Source of the DNA: a virus
Strand: one strand, 5' to 3'
Virus genome (UHGV): UHGV-0014912
Length of the DNA: 33,704 bases
The notes beneath the pieces were generated by a model. The model saw only the letters and a list, made by a program, of their open reading frames with translations. It did no database searches and was not told the origin of the DNA. The translations under genes were made by a program, and so were the position numbers. Numbering within the stretch: position 1 is the first letter of the stretch; every line of letters begins with the position of its first letter. This document shows, one piece after another, positions 18,739 through 26,213 of this stretch.

Positions 18739-20630
18739 TTAAGCCATCCACGTTTCTTTTGATTGCTTCGTTGTATACGATGCACAGAACGAGCCTGAAC
18801 GCGTTTAGGTTCTTGCTTAACTGGTTCTATTAGCTCTTGCTCTAAGTCTTCAGGAATTTCGACCTCTGCTTTGGAAGCTAGCTTTCTCCACTCGTGAAAT
18901 TTGATTTTCTCTAGAACTTGCAGACGCGCACAATAACCGTAGTTAAAGCAGTCAAGACCTTCGTTTCTGACTCCACCTTGCTTAATAACCCATCTGACAG
19001 TATTACCAGAGCGTTTAAGTTCTTCCGACATTAGCTGTTCGGTATAATCATCTGGAACATCATCAGAGATTTCGACTCTTACAGGCGTATTCTGAACATT
19101 CTTTATGCTTCTGTTTAGTAGCTCGCGAACCATGTCTTTGCCTTTGTTAACTCCAATCATGAACAGTTCATAACCGCCTGTTTTCGTGATTTTCGTTGGC
19201 ACATATGGAGCATCAACTGATGAAGCACCCTTAATAGCGTGTAAGTTTCTCCATTGAGAACAGAAACGATATATTGTTTTTGTTGCTCGACCATTTGAAC
19301 TATCGACGTTCGCCCATGCAAGAGTTAATTTTCTTCCTGAGTCAGTTCTGAAAGTCGCTTTCAGATAAGCAAGAAGGTCTTTATAAGCAGGCGAGTCGAT
19401 AACTTCGGCGTTCATCGTCATGAAAGAGCGATGGTCGAGGATATAAACTGTTTTCTCGTTGTGACCCATCAGTGTTACTTCCAAACGGTCTTGCTGTTGG
19501 TCAACACCCGCAGTTAAAAACAATGTGTCATCTGGAATATTTCTAATACCGATATCAGTTTTTAATTCATCAAGCTTTGAGGACTCCAGTTCTTCGTTTA
19601 AATCGTCAAACGGAATACCGAGAACAGTGTTATAAAACGTTGACAAACTGAAAGTCTGAAAAGCGTCTTTGAAGTCTGCAACGACTGATTTAATACTGGA
19701 CATCGGACTGTACAAACGATTTATATGGAATCCTGCAACATTCGATTCTGGATTAGTCTGAATCCATTCACCTTGTTTTACCGCTCTTGCTCTTTCTCCT
19801 TCTGTGAAATGATGTTCACAAACAGGACATTGAATATAAGCACTGTCGGGATCTGGTAGAGATTTACCGTCTTGTTTCAACCATTCGAATTTAATATTTT
19901 CCCAAATAAGTTCATGCATATGTCCACATTCAGGACATGGCACATGATATTTGCGCTTATCGGAGTTTTCATACTGCGTGTTAATAGCACCGTATTTGCC
20001 AGTAGGAGTTGAACAGATAAAGACACGAGCATCCTCGCCGAAAGTCGTAGCACGTTGCTCGGCTATCATTATCGGGTTGCCTTCTTCGGTGTCTGTTTCT
20101 ACTGCGTCAACTTCGTCTAACAGGAGCAACGGTAATGTCTTGCCTCGTAAGTGAGAAGGGGAGTTCAAACTCATGAAGTACCAAAAGCCACCGTTGCGGA
20201 GCTGAATCTGTGATGTGTTATTAACTGCGTTTCTGTCGTTCTTATCCGTGACTATTCGTTGCATCTCTTCGGATGCGTCAATCATTGGCTTAATCTTGCC
20301 TGATAACCACTGAGTTGTTTCTTTTGCTGTTGACTGTAAAACACCTGCGTTGCCTGGTTCTGTCGCAGACTTATAGAACAACACACCGTTCAGAATCGTT
20401 GTCTTGCCGATCTGTGCAGACGTCATCAGAACGATTTTTTTCTTTCTCTCTTTTATTACATCTATCATCCCGCGCTGGAACTCGAATAATTTCATCGGTT
20501 GTCCTGAGTGCGGACCATCTGGGAATTTCAAGTTAGCTTCGACCCACTCTGATGGTGTGTAGTCCGGTGGTGGAAGCAAGAAACGTTTTGCACGTTTTAG
20601 AATCAATTCTAGTTTTTGTTTGTTTTTCAT
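18735..20630 (-). CDS. Terminase large subunit (lambda GpA family)
   Basis: 631 aa; Walker A-like LMTSAQIGKTT, Walker B-like LLLLDEVD, zinc-ribbon-like CPECGH...CPVCEH, C-terminal nuclease-like region; AGGTGA RBS. Confidence 0.85.
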   Translation of the reverse strand: MKNKQKLELILKRAKRFLLPPPDYTPSEWVEANLKFPDGPHSGQPMKLFEFQRGMIDVIKERKKKIVLMTSAQIGKTTILNGVLFYKSATEPGNAGVLQSTAKETTQWLSGKIKPMIDASEEMQRIVTDKNDRNAVNNTSQIQLRNGGFWYFMSLNSPSHLRGKTLPLLLLDEVDAVETDTEEGNPIMIAEQRATTFGEDARVFICSTPTGKYGAINTQYENSDKRKYHVPCPECGHMHELIWENIKFEWLKQDGKSLPDPDSAYIQCPVCEHHFTEGERARAVKQGEWIQTNPESNVAGFHINRLYSPMSSIKSVVADFKDAFQTFSLSTFYNTVLGIPFDDLNEELESSKLDELKTDIGIRNIPDDTLFLTAGVDQQQDRLEVTLMGHNEKTVYILDHRSFMTMNAEVIDSPAYKDLLAYLKATFRTDSGRKLTLAWANVDSSNGRATKTIYRFCSQWRNLHAIKGASSVDAPYVPTKITKTGGYELFMIGVNKGKDMVRELLNRSIKNVQNTPVRVEISDDVPDDYTEQLMSEELKRSGNTVRWVIKQGGVRNEGLDCFNYGYCARLQVLEKIKFHEWRKLASKAEVEIPEDLEQELIEPVKQEPKRVQARSVHRIQRSNQKKRGWLN

Positions 20631-20775
20631 AAGTCACCTAAGCTAATGAATCCTTTATGGATTCCATCTCTCATGACTCTATTTATGAAAATATCCACAA
20701 TTATTTTCGGAGGTCGCTTGCACCTGGATTTTCGCCTGTTAAAGTTCAATCCATCGAAACACGGGGAATAACGAA

Positions 20776-21216
20776 ATGAAAAACGCATTAACTGTTGAAA
20801 ATAAAATTGCTTCTGAGTTAAACGCTGGTACTGAATTATCAGAACGTAAGCTTGCAGAGAAATTTGAAACAACTCGTTCCGTTGTTTGTCGTGTTAAAGC
20901 GAACATCGAGAAATACACAGTTGTTGAAGCTGTACAGGAAGAAAAACCTGAAGTTAAAAAACTTAATACAGCAGAAGTTATCGACACTGTAAAAGCTGAG
21001 GAGATTACTCACAAAGCTGTAGGACTCGATAATATTGAAAAGCTTCTCGCTAGTAAGTCAGCGAATAAAAAGCCCGCTGAAATTAGCTTGTTAATTTTTA
21101 AATCGGTAAAAGGAGATTTTGAGTTATTCAGTAAGCAAATGAAGGGAAAATCATCGCAGTATATTAAAGACCAATTTTTACGCTCTAAAAATAAACTTGA
21201 TAAGGATTCAAAATGA
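20776..21216 (+). CDS. Putative DNA-binding (HTH) protein, first gene of a three-gene coupled operon
   Basis: 146 aa; N-terminal HTH-like segment (TELSERKLAEKFETTRSVVCRVKAN); transcribed divergently from the large terminase gene. Confidence 0.35.
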   Translation: MKNALTVENKIASELNAGTELSERKLAEKFETTRSVVCRVKANIEKYTVVEAVQEEKPEVKKLNTAEVIDTVKAEEITHKAVGLDNIEKLLASKSANKKPAEISLLIFKSVKGDFELFSKQMKGKSSQYIKDQFLRSKNKLDKDSK

Positions 21217-21311
21217 AAGCTGTTAAAACTGTAATCGCTGTTATCGTTGCTGTTTCTTCTATGTCTGCTAATGGTATCGCGATAGACTTTGATTATTGCG
21301 TTAAGATATGA
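21213..21311 (+). CDS. Small hydrophobic peptide (32 aa), translationally coupled on both sides
   Basis: MKAVKTVIAVIVAVSSMSANGIAIDFDYCVKI; ATGA overlaps with both the upstream stop and the downstream start; below the ORF-track size cutoff. Confidence 0.25.
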   Translation: MKAVKTVIAVIVAVSSMSANGIAIDFDYCVKI

Positions 21312-21556
21312 AATTAGATATCCCACCGACATGGAGACACGATTTTAAGATTTCATCATGTGGCAAGTACATAACGTTAGAACTCTTTATACCGAGTGTC
21401 TCCGCGATGGTGGGATATCGTGCAAAGAGGATTACAATTCGTGCTATGTTTGATGCTTTTCAGTTTAATGATCGCAAGACGCAACAAACGTTAATTCGCT
21501 TGCTTGAAGAACTGAACAAAAAATATTATTCAATAATTGAGATATTTCCAAAATGA
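21308..21556 (+). CDS. Hypothetical protein
   Basis: 82 aa, ATGA-coupled to the small peptide ORF and followed by a terminator. Confidence 0.3.
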   Translation: MKLDIPPTWRHDFKISSCGKYITLELFIPSVSAMVGYRAKRITIRAMFDAFQFNDRKTQQTLIRLLEELNKKYYSIIEIFPK

Positions 21557-21561
21557 CAAAA

Positions 21562-21585
21562 GGGAGCTTAGTGCTTCCTTTTTTA
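21562..21585. terminator. Bidirectional terminator between convergent genes
   Basis: GGGAGC / GCTTCC stem (one G-U pair) followed by TTTTTT on the plus strand and preceded by AAAA. Confidence 0.5.
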
Positions 21586-21882
21586 GATATCACCCGTCAT
21601 AACATCATTAAAGAATTTTCTCGCCTGAGCATTAGTACCCATAAAAGCGATGAACTCACCATCCAGAACAATCTGTATAGCGCGTTTGATAAAATCATCT
21701 TGAACACGTTTCGATAATATTATATCAACCGGTCTTGGATCCATATCAGTTAAATCTGGATGTTCCTGAATCGGCCTGATAATAGATTCTGACTGACGAA
21801 CAATTATCGGCATTTCGTGTCTGTGTTTTTCCAGAAATTCAATATCGAATTCTGTTTTACCGTCTAGCAAAAGTTGTTTCAT
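21583..21882 (-). CDS. Hypothetical protein (last gene of the HEG-lipoprotein operon)
   Basis: 99 aa; start overlaps the lipoprotein stop (ATGA). Confidence 0.3.
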   Translation of the reverse strand: MKQLLLDGKTEFDIEFLEKHRHEMPIIVRQSESIIRPIQEHPDLTDMDPRPVDIILSKRVQDDFIKRAIQIVLDGEFIAFMGTNAQARKFFNDVMTGDI

Positions 21883-22091
21883 AGTTTTCCTTCATTTAAT
21901 TTTCTGCAACTGTCAATATCGAGTTTAGCTGTTTCTGGATTATACTCTGTGAGATTACAGATAACACCTTGCTGTTTGAATGTTTCAACGTTGATATTAC
22001 TGTTAATACATCCTATCAGAGAAAAAGCTCCGACAATCGTCAGAGCCATGATAATAGGTTTAAAAAGTTGTTTTGCTTGTTCGTTATTCAT
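21879..22091 (-). CDS. Small outer-membrane-type lipoprotein (candidate superinfection-exclusion, Cor/Llp-like)
   Basis: 70 aa; signal peptide with lipobox LIGC (PIIMALTIVGAFSLIGC); mature part about 45 aa; TAATG-coupled to the upstream HEG. Confidence 0.4.
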   Translation of the reverse strand: MNNEQAKQLFKPIIMALTIVGAFSLIGCINSNINVETFKQQGVICNLTEYNPETAKLDIDSCRKLNEGKL

Positions 22092-22699
22092 TACGCTGCC
22101 TCTCTTAAACGACGTGCTTGTTGTGCTAGTTTCATTTTCTCGATAGTTTCAGCAGAACGAGTTCCGATAACACGACCTTTATTTGCTTTGCCGATTTTCT
22201 TTTTTGTTTCTTCTGACTGAACAGAACCGGTTTTTGCTTTTGAGATTTTTCTACGTGTCTCTAGTGAAACAACATGACCAGTCATGCTATCAGAGATTTT
22301 CTTGTTTCTTTCTTTAATTTGTTGTTCTGTCATGGATTTAAAAACGTTGCCTCCCGCTTGTCCTGATGAAATATTTAATAAGTTAGCTTGCTGTTGTCTT
22401 GCGTGTTTAATGCAAGCAGTTTCGAAGTCATACGCTTCCTGTTCGTCTGTGAAAGTCTTTAGAACAACTTTAAACACAACGTCTGTCGGTTTCATTTCTG
22501 CTAGTTTCTCACGAACTAAACGACCGCTGCCTATATAAAGCATGTCAGGCTGTTCATTGTAAGATTGTTTGCCGTAATAAACGTAACTGACATCATTGAT
22601 GCGAAAAACGGTTTTATAAACTGCGTAAGCTTTGATTTCAGCGTTACGGATATCAGAACGGGTTTTGTAAGTTACGTTGTTAATAGTGCGCTTGTGCAT
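22091..22699 (-). CDS. GIY-YIG homing endonuclease with NUMOD3 repeats (Seg / I-TevI-like)
   Basis: 202 aa; N-terminal GIY-YIG-like AVYKTVFRINDVSYVYYGKQ; three C-terminal NUMOD3-like repeats (GHVVSLETRRKISKAKTG, SVQSEETKKKIGKANKG, RVIGTRSAETIEKMKLAQ). Confidence 0.7.
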   Translation of the reverse strand: MHKRTINNVTYKTRSDIRNAEIKAYAVYKTVFRINDVSYVYYGKQSYNEQPDMLYIGSGRLVREKLAEMKPTDVVFKVVLKTFTDEQEAYDFETACIKHARQQQANLLNISSGQAGGNVFKSMTEQQIKERNKKISDSMTGHVVSLETRRKISKAKTGSVQSEETKKKIGKANKGRVIGTRSAETIEKMKLAQQARRLREAA

Positions 22700-23117
22700 T
22701 TGAGTTTCCTTAAAGTTAAAAATAAAAGTGAAAGAGATTTACATTCAGTTGTTTTTCTGAATTACACTTGTATTTAGTAACTAGGTTTATCTATAACCTG
22801 ATAAAAACAGGGAATAGCACTAAATGATCAAGGAACACTCCTATTAAATTAACGTTTGTTAATAAATCCTAGGACGCATCAGGTTGAAACCAGATAGCAA
22901 TATGAACAGGAGTAACATCAAGGTCGGTTAATGCAGCAGGATAGATCCTAGAAAGAACCTGATAACAGCTTGAACATAACGAGAAAGGGCGCTAGCCCGT
23001 CGAAAGCTCGCTTGCGAGATTGAGACTAACTAACGAATTCAGATTTAATTAGCGATCATTAAGTTTATTAGATATCCAGTGATCAGTATAATGCAGTTAA
23101 CCAGTAATCAATATTAT

Positions 23118-23337
23118 CCAGATCTGAAAACAAGATAGGCGCAGCCGCGCGAAGCGCTAATAATATTATCTAGAAAAAACATTATTAACTTAGTCAAACT
23201 TGATTATCTGGATTACTGAGTGATCATAACAATGTTGACTTAGTGTTATCTGTCGCGCTTACGCGCTAATGTTATTAATTGGGGCTAACGCCCTCTCGTC
23301 GAGCAAGCTCTCCTCGCTATCTGGTTTTCAGATCTGG
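23118..23337. repeat. 21-bp imperfect inverted repeat pair (23118..23138 and 23317..23337) bracketing a ~180 bp segment with iteron-like TATC(C/T)(A/T)G copies
   Basis: CCAGATCTGAAAACAAGATAG versus CTATCTGGTTTTCAGATCTGG (two mismatches); six TATCCAG / TATCTGG / TATCTAG / TATCTGT motifs between 23073 and 23324. Confidence 0.5.
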
Positions 23338-23429
23338 TTCTTTCCTTGTTTTTAAAACCTTCCATATCATCTTTATCCAATTGTTCTTATAGGGAGATTT
23401 TTCTCAGTATCCATGCGCTTCTCCGACTT

Positions 23430-23471
23430 GCATCGATGCGCTATCGATGCGTTTTGCTGTACATCGATGCA
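23430..23471. promoter_or_regulatory. Three tandem operator-like palindromes (GCATCGATGC core)
   Basis: GCATCGATGC at 23430..23439 (perfect 10-bp palindrome) with related copies ending at 23450 and 23470, about 90-130 bp upstream of the 23562 gene. Confidence 0.45.
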
Positions 23472-23529
23472 CTTTGTTCCGATTGTTTTTGATCATTTTG
23501 TGCTGAGATAAGTTTACGACTTCTCTCCT

Positions 23530-23537
23530 TATAAATA
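23530..23537 (+). promoter_or_regulatory. TATAAATA element (T4-late-promoter-like) upstream of the 23562..24008 gene
   Basis: Exact TATAAATA 25 nt upstream of the ATG, followed by AAGGAG RBS. Confidence 0.35.
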
Positions 23538-23561
23538 TTCTTTGAACAAAGGAGAATCCTA

Positions 23562-24008
23562 ATGAGCTACTATTTTTGTAACGTCGGTGAAGTTTTCGAC
23601 GGAGAAATTTCTATTCTTCGAAAGCGTGATATTTTCACAAACACGATTATCGGAGATGTATCAACCCAAAAAGAAAAAATGAAAAAATGTTCACCTAGTA
23701 TTCAGAGACATTTAGAAAAAAGTCAGAATCTTGATATCGGTTGCGTCTATGTTTTAAAGCTTGAGAACGAAAAATGGTATGTTGGATATACTAAAAACAT
23801 ATTAGGAAGAATTAAAGAACATGCTATGGGTATTGGTGCTGAATGGACAAAAACTAACAAACCTATTCAACTTGTTAATTTTTTCATCGGAGATCATAAA
23901 ATTGAGAGAAGATTTACTGAAGAATTAATGATTAAGTTCGGCTGGCAAAATGTTAGAGGTGCAAGATGGACTGCTAACGAGATTCTTTGTCCTATGATGT
24001 TCAGATAA
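23562..24008 (+). CDS. GIY-YIG nuclease-domain protein with a ~60 aa N-terminal extension
   Basis: 148 aa; GCVYVLKLENEKWYVGYTKNILGRIKEH fits the GIY-(~10)-YVG pattern of small GIY-YIG proteins. Confidence 0.55.
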   Translation: MSYYFCNVGEVFDGEISILRKRDIFTNTIIGDVSTQKEKMKKCSPSIQRHLEKSQNLDIGCVYVLKLENEKWYVGYTKNILGRIKEHAMGIGAEWTKTNKPIQLVNFFIGDHKIERRFTEELMIKFGWQNVRGARWTANEILCPMMFR

Positions 24009-24182
24009 TTTTTCGAGAGTTTGTTTACTATCCCGGTGATGGGTATAAATACTAGTATAAGTTAAAGATTCGCACTGATTGAGAGATTTCTTCCTCGTTT
24101 GTTTACTCTCAGTCATTACGATTATAAAATAACTATGAAAGCAAGTTCATTTAGAAAATCCAAATAAAATTCCTTAAAGTTT

Positions 24183-24208
24183 GAAGCACTCTTCGGAGTG
24201 CTCTTTTT
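24183..24208 (+). terminator. Strong intrinsic terminator
   Basis: AGCACTC-TTCG-GAGTGCT stem-loop followed by CTTTTTTC. Confidence 0.7.
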
Positions 24209-24394
24209 TCAACATTACAAAAAAGGCAACCCATGAAATTTATTCCAAATAAGTTCGAAATTGAATCTCGATTAGATGCTGGTGAAACTTTTCAGCAGAT
24301 TGCAGAATCAAAGAAAATGAATAAAGCAACGCTGTATAACGCTTGCAAAAAACGCAACATCAGAACGACTAAACAGAAATAAAAGGAAAACAAA

Positions 24395-25312
24395 ATGAAA
24401 TTTTCAGTATTTGATAACTTAAACGGAACCACTAACGTTAGCTTGAATAAAAAAATTGTTAAGACTAACGAAATGACCAACAACAGAAACAAACTGAAAG
24501 CATTTGTCGGAAGTTTTACCGATATTCATCGCAACGTTAGAGCAAAAATGCTAACTAAAATTGAAAATGCTTTGACTGTAAAAGATATGCGTAACTTTGA
24601 AATCGGTATGTCCGAACTGAATGATAAACCTGCTATCGTTGCTTATACAACTGATAAAGCTGTTATCGTTTGTTCAGAAGCAAATCGTTGGAAAGCTCTT
24701 GGTTCAGACCTGACTTTAGTTCATGCGAAAGAATCCCAAAACTTTGTTCAGCAATATATTGGTGATTTTATCGAGATTAAAGAAGAAATTGAATTTCCGA
24801 CTGAACAGAAAGTTGACGTTATTTCTAACGAGTTGGAAGAATTGAGAAAAGAAATTGAGAAAATGAAAAAAGAAAAGGCAGAACATAAAAAACTTATCTC
24901 TGCCTATGCGAAAAATTATAAGGGTGATGAATTATCTTTTGATGAAGACCTGACGATTATCAAACATCAGAACAGTATTAAATCAGAAGTTGGCGCTTCC
25001 GAAATTTCTAACGAATCAACTGTATTTAGTGTAACAGAAACAGCAGAAAATTTAAACGACGACCTGATCGTTTCTATCGATCAATCAAACAAGGAAAATA
25101 AAATGCCTTTATATGATTATTCCTGCGAATGCGGAAACTATTTCGAAAAAACAAGAAAAATCTCTGAACGTTCTAGCGCTGAATGTCCTGAATGCCATAA
25201 AGAAGCAAAACAGCAACTGACAGCACCAGCCGGAATTCAAAACGGTTATTACGAACAAGGCAGAATGTTCATTAACAGAAACAAACAAACGTTTAAAACT
25301 GCTACACGATAA
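24395..25312 (+). CDS. Coiled-coil protein with a C-terminal FmdB-type zinc-ribbon domain
   Basis: 305 aa; C-terminal MPLYDYSCECGNYFEKTRKISERSSAECPECHK (CxC...CxxC); internal AAGGAAA RBS before that Met suggests possible separate expression of the zinc-ribbon part. Confidence 0.4.
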   Translation: MKFSVFDNLNGTTNVSLNKKIVKTNEMTNNRNKLKAFVGSFTDIHRNVRAKMLTKIENALTVKDMRNFEIGMSELNDKPAIVAYTTDKAVIVCSEANRWKALGSDLTLVHAKESQNFVQQYIGDFIEIKEEIEFPTEQKVDVISNELEELRKEIEKMKKEKAEHKKLISAYAKNYKGDELSFDEDLTIIKHQNSIKSEVGASEISNESTVFSVTETAENLNDDLIVSIDQSNKENKMPLYDYSCECGNYFEKTRKISERSSAECPECHKEAKQQLTAPAGIQNGYYEQGRMFINRNKQTFKTATR

Positions 25313-25330
25313 AGGAGCATCGCGCTCCTT
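25312..25330. terminator. Bidirectional terminator between convergent genes
   Basis: GGAGC-ATCGC-GCTCC stem-loop flanked by AAA and TTAATTAATTT. Confidence 0.45.
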
Positions 25331-25877
25331 AATTAATTTCTATCATGTCTTGTGATTGTTCAGATTCTTTTTCGTCTTCTGATTCGTCCTGTTCGTTCGG
25401 ATCTTCGTTTAGTTCCTGTTCGAACAGTTCAACACCGTTTAGAGTATCGTCGATAATTCTTTTCAGTGTTTCTTTCACCGTCTGAACATCAGAAGCTGAT
25501 TCCAAAATTTCGATAGCATGTTTATTCGGTATTAATCGCATAACAGATTTTAAGTCAGCACAAAAACGGTTCAACTCAGATTGAACATATTCAACTGGAA
25601 TTAATTGCTCCGATTTTTCTTGCGCTGTGTATTGAGCCAAGTCTGCTTTTGCTTTCTGCTCGCGGAGTTTTTCTTTCTCCATTTCATCGCGAACGGACAT
25701 ATTACGCATCGGGTTAATTTTGTTCTCAATTATCCAACGAGTGCCTTCGTCTTCTGGAATACCAGAGGGATTATCTGAATACGGAAGTCCTTCTGCACGC
25801 CAGCTCTTGATAGCGTTCAGGGTATAACCATAACGACGCGCCATATCAGTCATTGAAATATATGTTTTTCTTGCCAT
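25329..25877 (-). CDS. Putative terminase small subunit (lambda Nu1-like winged HTH)
   Basis: 182 aa (lambda Nu1 is 181 aa); N-terminal block SMTDMARRYGYTLNAIKSWRAEGLPY resembles Nu1 QLADIFGASIRTIQNWQEQGMPV; acidic C-terminus; a MerR-like regulator is the alternative. Confidence 0.45.
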   Translation of the reverse strand: MARKTYISMTDMARRYGYTLNAIKSWRAEGLPYSDNPSGIPEDEGTRWIIENKINPMRNMSVRDEMEKEKLREQKAKADLAQYTAQEKSEQLIPVEYVQSELNRFCADLKSVMRLIPNKHAIEILESASDVQTVKETLKRIIDDTLNGVELFEQELNEDPNEQDESEDEKESEQSQDMIEIN

Positions 25878-26213
25878 TGTTTTTCTCCAATCGTAGAGGG
25901 AATAAGGGTTTAACTGTATTTATCAGTCAGCGTCAGGGAATCCTCCGGGATATTTATGTCAACTGGAATGAACTGCACTGTAAATAATCCCTCACAGGTG
26001 AAATTTAAATCGAGCGCTTGAAACATCTCGGTGTTTCAGAAGTCCCAGAGTAACTATTATTTTTTGTTAGAGGGGGGCAGAAGATGAGTCGTTAAAACTT
26101 ATTTAAGCAATATCATTAATGATTTATATTTGGCTGCGTTTTAGGCTAATCAGCAGCCAAATTTTTAATTGTCGATGAAACGCCAGTATCGCTAAAAATA
26201 GAGCTATATAAAA

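Noticed and set aside
22700-23561. Group I intron carrying the homing endonuclease
   Set aside because: GACTAA and TAGTC stretches hint at a P7-like pairing, but there is no interrupted host gene: the endonuclease is followed directly by coupled ORFs and no exon pair can be reconstructed.
22700-23561. CRISPR array or tRNA gene in the ORF-free region or at the integration site
   Set aside because: Repeats are inverted or palindromic and irregularly spaced, not regular direct repeats with unique spacers; no T-arm-like GTTCGAATC motif or cloverleaf was found, which is consistent with a serine integrase that need not target tRNA.
24044-24051. TATAAATA at 24044 as a functional late promoter
   Set aside because: No gene with an RBS follows within 150 bp on that strand before the terminator; kept only as a note, since a single 8-mer can occur by chance in AT-rich DNA.
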